From positions 485,368 through 549,367 of the forward strand of contig LCLP01000001.1 of NCBI GenBank assembly GCA_001002135.1: a stretch of DNA of 64,000 bases. The letters run 5' to 3'. The stretch is from Candidatus Pacebacteria bacterium GW2011_GWA1_46_10. Its GTDB lineage: Bacteria > Patescibacteriota > Microgenomatia > UBA1400 > PJMF01. Below, piece after piece: positions 18,687-26,590 of this stretch; the stretch's first letter is position 1, and each line of letters opens with the position of its first letter. Below the pieces are notes generated by a model. The model was not told the DNA's origin and did no database searches. It was given only the letters and a program-made list of their open reading frames with translations. A program made the position numbers and the translations under genes.

Positions 18687-18860
18687 TGTTTATGACACAA
18701 TGACCCGACAAAATGCGTTGGGTTTTCTTGTTTCATAAACCGCACATTAACATGTGGTTTAAGAGCGAAATTTTCTCCTTAATTTGATCCGCTCAGGTTG
18801 CCCATTAACTTTGTGAGCAGCCCGAGCGGAATCAAATTAAGTTCAACGGAGGTTGAAATA
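18687..18860 (+). promoter_or_regulatory. long structured 5' leader (candidate riboswitch / cis-regulatory RNA, class unknown)
   Basis: about 175 nt untranslated leader before a small transporter-like gene; 14-bp inverted repeat AATTTGATCCGCTC(18781-18794)/GAGCGGAATCAAATT(18824-18838) with internal alternative pairing GCUCA/UGAGC; second hairpin AAACCGCACAU-UAAC-AUGUGGUUU at 18738-18760; RBS GGAGG at 18848-18852. Confidence 0.35.
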
Positions 18861-19370
18861 ATGAACACGCAGTTGAAAAATTTGTTTCGGTGGCTTTCCA
18901 CCGCGGCACTCTATGTGCTCTCCACTGTCGGCCTATCGGCCGGCATTGGAGCCACATTATCGTACGGCGTTAGCGGAGTTCCTGTGGACGCTTTTACGAT
19001 AAAGCCAGAGTTCGCCTGGTTCCTTGGTTTTCTCATTAGTTTAGTCATTCAATGGTGGGAGACGGATTGGTTCCTTCACCCGCAAGAAATGACCGAACTA
19101 GAGAAAATTCTGGTGCCAATCTTTTTGTTGGTGGATGCACAAATGATTTTTACTGCCCTGGGGGGCCATCTTAACATCCTTTGGATGTTAGAGAATGGTG
19201 ACAATACACCTGGGATGATTGTCCATACCCTCGGTTTGGTTGGACAACTCATCGGAGCCTTCCTCGGGAGTATCGGTGCCGAACTGTCACTTAAGAAAGC
19301 TTTGGGGGTCAACACTCCCGAACTCTGGCGATACCTGTTTGGCAAAGTCAAGGTCAACTCCATACATTAA
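18861..19370 (+). CDS. small polytopic membrane protein (4-5 TM, about 170 aa), possibly an ECF-type/QueT-like substrate-capture component
   Basis: ATG 18861 preceded by GGAGG; hydrophobic segments LSTAALYVLSTVGLSAGIGATL, FAWFLGFLISLVIQWW, ILVPIFLLVDAQMIFTALGG, MIVHTLGLVGQLIGAFLGSIGA; family assignment is a guess. Confidence 0.6.
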   Translation: MNTQLKNLFRWLSTAALYVLSTVGLSAGIGATLSYGVSGVPVDAFTIKPEFAWFLGFLISLVIQWWETDWFLHPQEMTELEKILVPIFLLVDAQMIFTALGGHLNILWMLENGDNTPGMIVHTLGLVGQLIGAFLGSIGAELSLKKALGVNTPELWRYLFGKVKVNSIH

Positions 19371-19402
19371 GGAGAAGAAAAATCAAAACCACACGCAATA
19401 AG

Positions 19403-19446
19403 GGCAGGGATCCACCCGCTCCGGTCGAAAGACTGGGATCTCTGCC
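19403..19446 (+). other. stable hairpin with GAAA tetraloop in the intergenic region (possible terminator/processing site)
   Basis: outer stem GGCAGGGATCC/GGATCTCTGCC (one mismatch), inner stem CCGGTC-GAAA-GACTGG; no T-tract follows. Confidence 0.3.
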
Positions 19447-19471
19447 TGCAACACCTGAGAATATTCCTTTA

Positions 19472-19477
19472 TATAAT
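19472..19477 (+). promoter_or_regulatory. -10 box TATAAT 6 nt upstream of dus ATG (leaderless-type promoter)
   Basis: cctttaTATAATatctttATG. Confidence 0.5.
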
Positions 19478-19483
19478 ATCTTT

Positions 19484-20551
19484 ATGAAAAATCTAGGCTT
19501 TTGGCACGAGCTGAAAAAACCAATCGTCGGCCTCTCACCGATGGACGGTGTGACAGATTATCCTTACCGGCATATTCAGAAAAAATACGGCCATCCTGAT
19601 GTGGTCTATACCGAGTTTGCCACGGTGGAGGGGTTTTGCCGTGGTGTGGAGAAAGTGTTGGATGATTTTCTTTATGACGAAGCGCAGCGACCGATCGTGG
19701 CCCAGATTTACGGTACCACTCCAAAGTTTTTCCGCGAAACAGCCACCGCTTTGTGTCAGTTAGGCTTTGATGGCATTGATATCAATATGGGTTGTCCGGC
19801 TAAAAGTGTGGCACACAGTGGGGCGGGAGCAGCTTTGATCCTTACCCCGAAGTTAGCTCAGCAAATCTTGAAAGCGACCAAGGCTGGGGTGGGGGATTGG
19901 CAAAACGGGAAAACCGTTCGTGATTGCTCACATATCACTCAGAAACTGACTCAAGAAATCGAGAGACGTCATCAACAACTGCCCAAAAAATATCAACAAC
20001 ATGATCGACCAATCCCCGTGACCGTCAAGACTCGCGTGGGCTTTGACATTAAGGTCATCCAAAACTGGATCAAGACGTTACTGGAAATCGAGCCTGTGGC
20101 CATTGCCATTCATGGTCGAACACTTAAACAAGGATATGGCGGTACAGCCGATTGGGAAGAAATCGGCAAGGCCGTGCAAACCGCCAAAGGCTCAAATACG
20201 ATGATTTTTGGTAATGGTGATGTGCATAGTCGTCAACAAGCACTTGAAAAGGTCAAACAGTATAGCGTTGACGGTGTTTTAATTGGCCGGAGTACCTTTG
20301 GCAACCCTTGGGTCTTTCAGGACCAGGAAGTTGACATTCACACCAGCGCCGGTGTAGCCGTTGAACATAGCCAGTTTTTCGAAGACATTTTTAAACACCG
20401 GGAAAACTACCGTTTTTTACCCATGCGCAAACACCTCGGTTGGTATATCAAAGGCATTCCCAATGCCACCGATATCAGGGTGCAGCTAGTCCAAGCCGAT
20501 AGCGCTCAACAAGTGCACGATATTTTGAAAAGTCACCAATTAATTTCATAA
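19484..20551 (+). CDS. dus: tRNA-dihydrouridine synthase (Dus family, FMN TIM-barrel)
   Basis: IVGLSPMDGVTDYPYRHI (Dus N-terminal signature), conserved Cys/Lys region, about 355 aa. Confidence 0.88.
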   Translation: MKNLGFWHELKKPIVGLSPMDGVTDYPYRHIQKKYGHPDVVYTEFATVEGFCRGVEKVLDDFLYDEAQRPIVAQIYGTTPKFFRETATALCQLGFDGIDINMGCPAKSVAHSGAGAALILTPKLAQQILKATKAGVGDWQNGKTVRDCSHITQKLTQEIERRHQQLPKKYQQHDRPIPVTVKTRVGFDIKVIQNWIKTLLEIEPVAIAIHGRTLKQGYGGTADWEEIGKAVQTAKGSNTMIFGNGDVHSRQQALEKVKQYSVDGVLIGRSTFGNPWVFQDQEVDIHTSAGVAVEHSQFFEDIFKHRENYRFLPMRKHLGWYIKGIPNATDIRVQLVQADSAQQVHDILKSHQLIS

Positions 20552-20559
20552 AAGAAAAA

Positions 20560-20583
20560 GCCCCGCCGAAGCGGGGCTTTTTT
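20560..20583. terminator. bidirectional intrinsic terminator
   Basis: AAAAA-GCCCCGC-CGAA-GCGGGGC-TTTTTTT; lies between convergent dus (+) and a minus-strand gene; a second small hairpin GATAGC-CGAA-GCTATC follows at 20584-20599. Confidence 0.8.
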
Positions 20584-20610
20584 GATAGCCGAAGCTATCA
20601 GAGAAACGGG

Positions 20611-20973
20611 TTAAGGTAATTCAACAGGCAGTTGAGCAGCTAACATGATCTGGCTAATCTTTTTTACCACTTTCTCGGCCTTTTCCATAGTGGTTGACAC
20701 CAAGTGCCTTTCAAAGTAGGTTCGAAAAACCAGATAGGCTACTCGCTCTTCGTTGCGTTCAGAGCCAAGCTCAACGACGAAAGATTCAATTACTTCGTAC
20801 CCCAATAACTCCGCAGCACGATGAGCTTCAAAAGAGACCTCGATGAGGATTCCTTCTACCACCGTTTGCTCTAGAGTCCGGGTAAGCGCTCGGCCGTTCA
20901 AAACTTGGGCGTCCTGTCCTTCCTTTAACTTAGCCACGTTTCCATCTCCTTTTGATCCTCTAGAAAGTCCCAC
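20611..20973 (-). CDS. hypothetical protein (120 aa)
   Basis: ORF only; no recognisable motif; divergent from the 21202 gene. Confidence 0.4.
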   Translation of the reverse strand: MGLSRGSKGDGNVAKLKEGQDAQVLNGRALTRTLEQTVVEGILIEVSFEAHRAAELLGYEVIESFVVELGSERNEERVAYLVFRTYFERHLVSTTMEKAEKVVKKISQIMLAAQLPVELP

Positions 20974-21041
20974 GCAGCCGCAATGGCTGAGTTTCCAGAT
21001 TAGATCAGAAAGTTTTTTTGGTCAAATGTGGGACTAACAAA

Positions 21042-21068
21042 CTCGACTGAATCGAGACTGATAGTCTC
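21042..21068. promoter_or_regulatory. two abutting palindromes (candidate operator) in divergent intergenic region
   Basis: CTCGA-CTGAA-TCGAG (21042-21056) overlapping GAGACT-GAT-AGTCTC (21054-21068). Confidence 0.35.
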
Positions 21069-21187
21069 ACACTTTTCCTTTTGTTAAGGAGCTCAGATAT
21101 TATATCAATATATATCAATTATAGGCTAAATAGTGTTTTTTCTGTTGTACTTCCACCAAAAACTTCGTCAAACCAATCAAGTTACGG

Positions 21188-21193
21188 TATAAT
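21188..21193 (+). promoter_or_regulatory. -10 box TATAAT 8 nt upstream of ATG 21202 (leaderless-type promoter)
   Basis: ttacggTATAATacactttgATG. Confidence 0.5.
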
Positions 21194-21201
21194 ACACTTT
21201 G

Positions 21202-21735
21202 ATGCCAAAACCAGCCGAACTTCACTACGAACGGGTGCGGACCCTGATGCGTGACGGCGAATTTCCTCAGGTCAAAATCCCGATTTTATTAAAAAATGGT
21301 GATCAGCTTAACGACGTCATTCCGTACACCATTGCCCGCACCAAGATCGATGGTAAAGAAACACTGGCCATGTCTTTCCTCGATAGTAACAAAAAAGCTT
21401 TTAAAGTTGGAGTTGACGAAATTGCTGGCTTAGAAGTAGTTCCAGGAGAAGGGGAGTACGCTGGCAAAATGTTAGTTAGTTTTACCTACTATAAGCCAAC
21501 GTCAGAAACACAATACTTGGAAAACAAGCCTAGACATGTCTTAATTTTTGAAATTCGCCATGGGGTCAATGAGGCACATTATGGTTTTGGTGAAAACTAT
21601 GCCTTTTACTTAGTGGGACAAGACGTGCAATACAAAGATGCTCCTCCAGATGAACGTACTCGACAGTTTCCCGAATGGCGAGTGGGTATGATGGGCGATC
21701 CTCAAGCCGTCGAGCCACATTTCAAACGAGATTAA
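21202..21735 (+). CDS. hypothetical protein (177 aa)
   Basis: ORF; ATG 21202 preferred over TTG 21199; no recognisable family. Confidence 0.5.
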   Translation: MPKPAELHYERVRTLMRDGEFPQVKIPILLKNGDQLNDVIPYTIARTKIDGKETLAMSFLDSNKKAFKVGVDEIAGLEVVPGEGEYAGKMLVSFTYYKPTSETQYLENKPRHVLIFEIRHGVNEAHYGFGENYAFYLVGQDVQYKDAPPDERTRQFPEWRVGMMGDPQAVEPHFKRD

Positions 21736-21772
21736 TTAGTAGAGTAATTACATCAGGTATAATGACCAATTG

Positions 21773-24700
21773 ATGCCTGGAAAATCTGATTTTGCTCAAG
21801 TTTTTGCCCGTTTGAACCCTGCCCAAAAAAAGGCCGTCGAGACAATCGAGGGTCCGGTAATGGTGCTGGCCGGTCCGGGCACCGGCAAAACCCAGGTCTT
21901 AACCGCCAGAATCGCCCAAATTCTCAAGAAAACCGATACCCAGCCCAACGCCATCCTGGCCCTGACTTTCACTGAGAGCGCCGCCAAAAACATGCGCGAA
22001 CGCTTAGTACAGCTGATCGGCAAGACCGGCTATTACGTTCAAATCAGCACCTTTCACGCTTTTTGTCAGGACGTCATTACCACTCACCCCGAGTACTTTC
22101 CGATCCAGCGGGAAAGTGAGCCATTATCAGATCTGGAACGCTATGAATTGTTTGAGCAGATCTTTACTAGCCTAGATTTGGAATATATCCGACCGATGAA
22201 CATGCCGTTTCATTATGTCAAAGACGCCATCGGCGCCATTTCTGACCTCAAGCGTGAAGGGGTTAACGTCAAGGAATACCAACAACTAGTCAAAAACTGG
22301 GCCAAACAACTAACCAGCGAAAAACCTGACATGAAAAAAACCGCTTGGGAACAGGAAAACAAAATGCTTCAGCGCAATCAAGAACTCACCAAGGTTTACG
22401 GCGAATACGAAGCCAGACTGCGCACCGACCGGCGCTACGACTTTGATGACATGATCGCCTTAGTGGTTGAAGCGTTTGAAAACCACGACTTACTCTTACG
22501 GGAATATCAAGAAAACTTGCAGTATTTCTTAGTTGACGAATACCAAGATACTAACGCCGCCCAAAACTCAGTGGTAGACTTACTGGCCAGTTACTGGCAA
22601 CAAGAAACCGGCCAGCCAAATATCTTCGTGGTTGGCGACCCGAACCAGGCCATTTTCCGTTTCCAGGGCGCCTCAGTGGAAAACATGCTCGGCTTTTTGA
22701 AGCGCTACCACAGCGCCCAGGTCATCAAGCTTGATACCGGTTATCGTTCACCGCAAAAACTTTACTCCCTGGCTGACCAACTGATCGCTGAAAACCATCT
22801 CAAGTTGGACATAGAAAATGCTCAATTGAAAGTGGCAAAGCAGTTGAAGAGTTTACACGGCGCTGGCCAGCCGATCGAACTCTCACCGGCACCATCACCG
22901 GTGTTAGAGGCAGTCCAAGTGACAGAGCAAGTTAAAAAACTCCTAGCCAACAAAGTCCCTGTCCACGAAATCGCCGTGCTATACCGCCACAACGCAGACC
23001 GCACCACCCTTGCCGAAACCTTTGATAGCTGGGGGATTCCGTATGAAATCGAGGGTGGAGGAGATGCACTACAAGAAGACTCAATCCGCCAACTGTTAAC
23101 CTTTTTCCGAGTGATTTACCACATTCGCGATGCCAGCGAAAATGAAGAACTCTATGAGATTTTGCATTATGAATGGCTCAAACAAAAGTTTGGTCTGGAC
23201 GCCTTGGCGGTAATGAAAGTGGCTCGCGCGGCGGGGAAAGCGCGGATATCAATCCTGGAACTAATTGAGAGTGGCACCAAAGCCATTAATGGTCACAACA
23301 GTGGTTACCCCATCACTTCGTTAGAGCTCGAACCGATCCGTGAATGTATCCAAAAATTGAAAGACTGGAGTGGCTTGGACGCCACCACTACTTTTGGCAA
23401 GTGGTTTGAGACCGTCATTAAAGAATCAGGTTATCTTGATTGGTTATTCAAACACGATGGCAAGATTTACCTCATCACCGTGCTTAACTCTGTCTTTGGC
23501 GAGATTAAAAAGTTGATTGCCCACAATCATCATTTCAAGTTGGCCGACTTTCTACGCGCCATTGAGCTGATTGAAAACCACCGCTTACAAATCACCATCG
23601 AAGACCTTACTGTCCGTCGGCAAGCAGTCCATCTCTCCACCGTCCATAAGGCCAAAGGCAGAGAGTGGGATCACGTGTTTGTGGTACAGGTAGTTGACCG
23701 CAAGTGGGGCAATAATCGTGAGCATAATTTGATTCAACTGCCCGAAGCAATCCTGCAAAACACAGACTTAGACGCCAAAGAACGTAATGAGGATGAGCGG
23801 CGGTTATTTTACGTGGCGATCACGCGAGCAAAACAACGGGTATATGTATCATATCCCGAAACGTTAGTCAGCGATGGTCAGTCGCGCGACGCGGTGCCGA
23901 GCATGTTTTTGACGGAAATTGAATCGTTTGATCCACGAGGCAAATTAATGAAGCGCGCGGACCAATCAGCGATTTACGATAAAGCAGATGAATACCTAGT
24001 TAAACTCTTGAAACCGTCACAAGTCCTGATTACCCAAGACACTCAAAAAGCCTATCTCAAATGGCTTTTGGATCACTTCCGCTGGTCCACCACGGCGCTG
24101 GATACGTATCTTAAAGATCCAGCGGAGTTTCTTCACTACACGCTGCTGCGAGTGCCGCGAGCCAAGGCAATTCAGTTCGCCTTTGGCACCGCCATTCACA
24201 CTGCTTTGGAAAAATACTACTCAGCGCTCCAACAAACAGGTGAGTACTTACCTCTGCCCGCCCTCCAACAAACCTTTGAGCGAGCTCTCAAACAAGAAGT
24301 GTTGACCGAGCAAGAGTTCAGAGATCGACTGCGCTTCGGCAAAAAAATTCTGGAACAATATGCCAAATTTTACCAAAACCAATCAGTCAACCCTTTTTTG
24401 ATTGAGCGCTTCTTTGGTGGCGGCAGACAGCGAGTGGTGCTTGACGATATCCTGCTGACCGGCCGCATCGACCGGGTGGACTGGGTCGATCAAAAACAAC
24501 AGCTGGTGAAAGTGATCGATTACAAAACCGGCCAGGTGAAAAGCGAAAATGAAATTGAGGGGAAATCAGGCAAGCTCTCGCCACGTGAGCAGACTCTTCC
24601 AGCAAGTATTCGCGGTTCGTACAAACGACAACTATTATTTTATAAACTGCTCACCCAACTCGACCGGACTTTTCCTTACGAAGTAGTAGAGGGAGAGTTT

Positions 24701-24829
24701 GATTTTATTCAGCCCAACCAGAGTGGTAAACTGGTGCGCCGAAGTTTTCAACTACATCAGCAAGATGTGGAAGAGCTTAAAAAACTGCTCAAAACGGTCG
24801 TGGCAGAGCTCAGAGCTGAGTGGAAATAA
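21773..24829 (+). CDS. UvrD/PcrA-family SF1 helicase fused to a C-terminal RecB-like PD-(D/E)xK nuclease domain (AddA-like single-chain helicase-nuclease)
   Basis: helicase motif I VLAGPGTGKTQVL, motif II FLVDEYQDTN, motif VI-like VAITRAKQRVYV; C-terminal nuclease motif GRIDRVDW...VKVIDYKTGQ; TATAAT at 21758-21763, 9 nt before the ATG. Confidence 0.85.
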   Translation: MPGKSDFAQVFARLNPAQKKAVETIEGPVMVLAGPGTGKTQVLTARIAQILKKTDTQPNAILALTFTESAAKNMRERLVQLIGKTGYYVQISTFHAFCQDVITTHPEYFPIQRESEPLSDLERYELFEQIFTSLDLEYIRPMNMPFHYVKDAIGAISDLKREGVNVKEYQQLVKNWAKQLTSEKPDMKKTAWEQENKMLQRNQELTKVYGEYEARLRTDRRYDFDDMIALVVEAFENHDLLLREYQENLQYFLVDEYQDTNAAQNSVVDLLASYWQQETGQPNIFVVGDPNQAIFRFQGASVENMLGFLKRYHSAQVIKLDTGYRSPQKLYSLADQLIAENHLKLDIENAQLKVAKQLKSLHGAGQPIELSPAPSPVLEAVQVTEQVKKLLANKVPVHEIAVLYRHNADRTTLAETFDSWGIPYEIEGGGDALQEDSIRQLLTFFRVIYHIRDASENEELYEILHYEWLKQKFGLDALAVMKVARAAGKARISILELIESGTKAINGHNSGYPITSLELEPIRECIQKLKDWSGLDATTTFGKWFETVIKESGYLDWLFKHDGKIYLITVLNSVFGEIKKLIAHNHHFKLADFLRAIELIENHRLQITIEDLTVRRQAVHLSTVHKAKGREWDHVFVVQVVDRKWGNNREHNLIQLPEAILQNTDLDAKERNEDERRLFYVAITRAKQRVYVSYPETLVSDGQSRDAVPSMFLTEIESFDPRGKLMKRADQSAIYDKADEYLVKLLKPSQVLITQDTQKAYLKWLLDHFRWSTTALDTYLKDPAEFLHYTLLRVPRAKAIQFAFGTAIHTALEKYYSALQQTGEYLPLPALQQTFERALKQEVLTEQEFRDRLRFGKKILEQYAKFYQNQSVNPFLIERFFGGGRQRVVLDDILLTGRIDRVDWVDQKQQLVKVIDYKTGQVKSENEIEGKSGKLSPREQTLPASIRGSYKRQLLFYKLLTQLDRTFPYEVVEGEFDFIQPNQSGKLVRRSFQLHQQDVEELKKLLKTVVAELRAEWK

Positions 24830-24946
24830 CAATTTTTCTCTGACAGTTTCCTCAAGAAAAATCCCATAACTATTGAAAAAGTGATTATTTTGTGTTACAG
24901 TATTTCCCTGGCTTAGACACAAAGAAGAGTGTTGACGAAGGATGGT

Positions 24947-25495
24947 ATGAAAGTTGCTTTTGTGGCATCACTGCAAGAAAAGAAAAATCACCAATTTCAT
25001 TATTTGGCGATCATTGACCTCCTTGAAGGTTTGGGACATACCGTTTTTTACCGCCATATCACTCAATTTAACATCGACGACATCAGCCAATCAGAAAACC
25101 TTAATATTAAGTTTTATAAAAAAGTGTTTCAGGCTCTCAAAGCAGCCGACCTAGTAGTAGCTGAAATCAGCTGTCAAAGCATCAGTATCGGCTACATCAT
25201 TTCAGAAACCCTAAAAATTGGCAAACCGGTTGTGGCCCTCACTACTGCCACCGTGCCGCCGGTGACTACCTATCTTGAGGAGCAGATGCCATTGATCGTC
25301 CACCAGTACGTCTCAATCAGAGCCTTGGAAGAAGAACTGCCATTACTTATTTCTCAAGTAGAACCAAAAAAAGAGAAAAAGTTTAATTTTTTTTTGCCTC
25401 CAGAACTGGATGAGTACCTTTTGAAGGCCGCCAGTGAAAAGCGGCTCTCGAAGTCTGAGTATCTAAGGCAATTGTTGGCAAAAGACCAACATTAA
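24947..25495 (+). CDS. nucleoside 2-deoxyribosyltransferase/LOG-like Rossmannoid domain fused to a C-terminal ribbon-helix-helix (CopG-like) domain
   Basis: MKVAFVASL... then ADLVVAEISCQSISIGYIISETLKIGKPVVAL (NDT/LOG-type motif); C-terminal FNFFLPPELDEYLLKAASEKRLSKSEYLRQLL fits an RHH beta-strand plus two helices; the start could also be 24929. Confidence 0.45.
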   Translation: MKVAFVASLQEKKNHQFHYLAIIDLLEGLGHTVFYRHITQFNIDDISQSENLNIKFYKKVFQALKAADLVVAEISCQSISIGYIISETLKIGKPVVALTTATVPPVTTYLEEQMPLIVHQYVSIRALEEELPLLISQVEPKKEKKFNFFLPPELDEYLLKAASEKRLSKSEYLRQLLAKDQH

Positions 25496-25538
25496 CCCCA
25501 TCTAGCCAAACATTCATTTCATCCTCTATACTATCAGT

Positions 25539-26555
25539 ATGCTCGATTGGTTTTCGACCAAAGACAAAACAAGAGTCACTATTTCCCCTAGTATCGTGGT
25601 TTTTAGCACTGCTTTCCTTGGCTTGATTTACTTCCTTTTTCTGACTCGTAAAATCCTGATTTTACTTTTTTTATCATTCATTTTGATGGTGGCCCTCAAC
25701 CCGGCCGTCAATCGACTCCAAAAGACCCTCCGTCTGCCAAGGGGAGTGAGTATTGCTATCGTGTACGTCCTGTTTTTCTTACTGATCGCCGCTGTCACCG
25801 CCCTGGTGCTGCCGCCATTAACTTCTGAAATTGTGCGCCTGATTAAAACCATTGACTTGCCATACATTCAAGACCAGCTCAATGGTTTTTTCCAGTTTTC
25901 CAATATGGAGTTGGGAACACTCGCCACCCAATTCACCAGTTCGATCAATTTCCTGGTCAGTGCGGTGACTGGCACGGTAACCAGCATCTTTACTTTTATC
26001 ACTTTGCTGATTTTGTCTTTTTACCTGATGCTTGACCGGCCGAACCTGCACCAAAAAATTGTCTGGTTCACCGATGACCGTAAACACCTTTCGCGGGCTG
26101 AACAATTTGTTGATGATTTGGAAATCCAGCTTGGCGGCTGGGTGAGAGGAGAGATTATTCTGATGACCGCGATCGCCTTAATGACATACTTTGGATTAAC
26201 GCTTTTAAAAATCCCATTCGCCTTGCCATTGGCGATTCTGGCTGGTTTTTTGGAAATTTTACCCAACCTGGGCCCTTTTATCTCTGCTATTCCCGCGGTT
26301 ATCTTGGCTTACATCAGCCAAGGCTCTGGCCTGGCTTTAGCAGTGACTGGTTTATACTTAGTCATCCAACAACTAGAAAATAGTCTATTAGTTCCCAAAA
26401 TCATGCGTGTTAACGCGCATGTCAACCCTCTGATTGCTATTCTGAGCATTTTGATTGGGTTGCAGTTATACAGCATTGTGGGAGGGTTGTTGGCCATCCC
26501 GGTCTACATCACCCTACGAGCTATTTACTCCAACTGGCGCAAATACGCACTTTAA
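25539..26555 (+). CDS. AI-2E family transporter (UPF0118/PerM-like)
   Basis: 338 aa, 7-8 TM with topology and C-terminal conserved region typical of the AI-2E family. Confidence 0.75.
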   Translation: MLDWFSTKDKTRVTISPSIVVFSTAFLGLIYFLFLTRKILILLFLSFILMVALNPAVNRLQKTLRLPRGVSIAIVYVLFFLLIAAVTALVLPPLTSEIVRLIKTIDLPYIQDQLNGFFQFSNMELGTLATQFTSSINFLVSAVTGTVTSIFTFITLLILSFYLMLDRPNLHQKIVWFTDDRKHLSRAEQFVDDLEIQLGGWVRGEIILMTAIALMTYFGLTLLKIPFALPLAILAGFLEILPNLGPFISAIPAVILAYISQGSGLALAVTGLYLVIQQLENSLLVPKIMRVNAHVNPLIAILSILIGLQLYSIVGGLLAIPVYITLRAIYSNWRKYAL

Positions 26556-26590
26556 ACTAGCCTCCCTGCTAAATACGTTATAATCTGCCT

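Noticed and set aside
21773-25495. Helicase-nuclease plus NDT-RHH as a novel phage-defence island
   Set aside because: Considered, but there is no second defence-type component (no methylase, ATPase partner, TIR/SIR2/effector) and no mobile-element signature. A housekeeping AddA-like role is at least as likely. Kept only as a moderate-interest finding.
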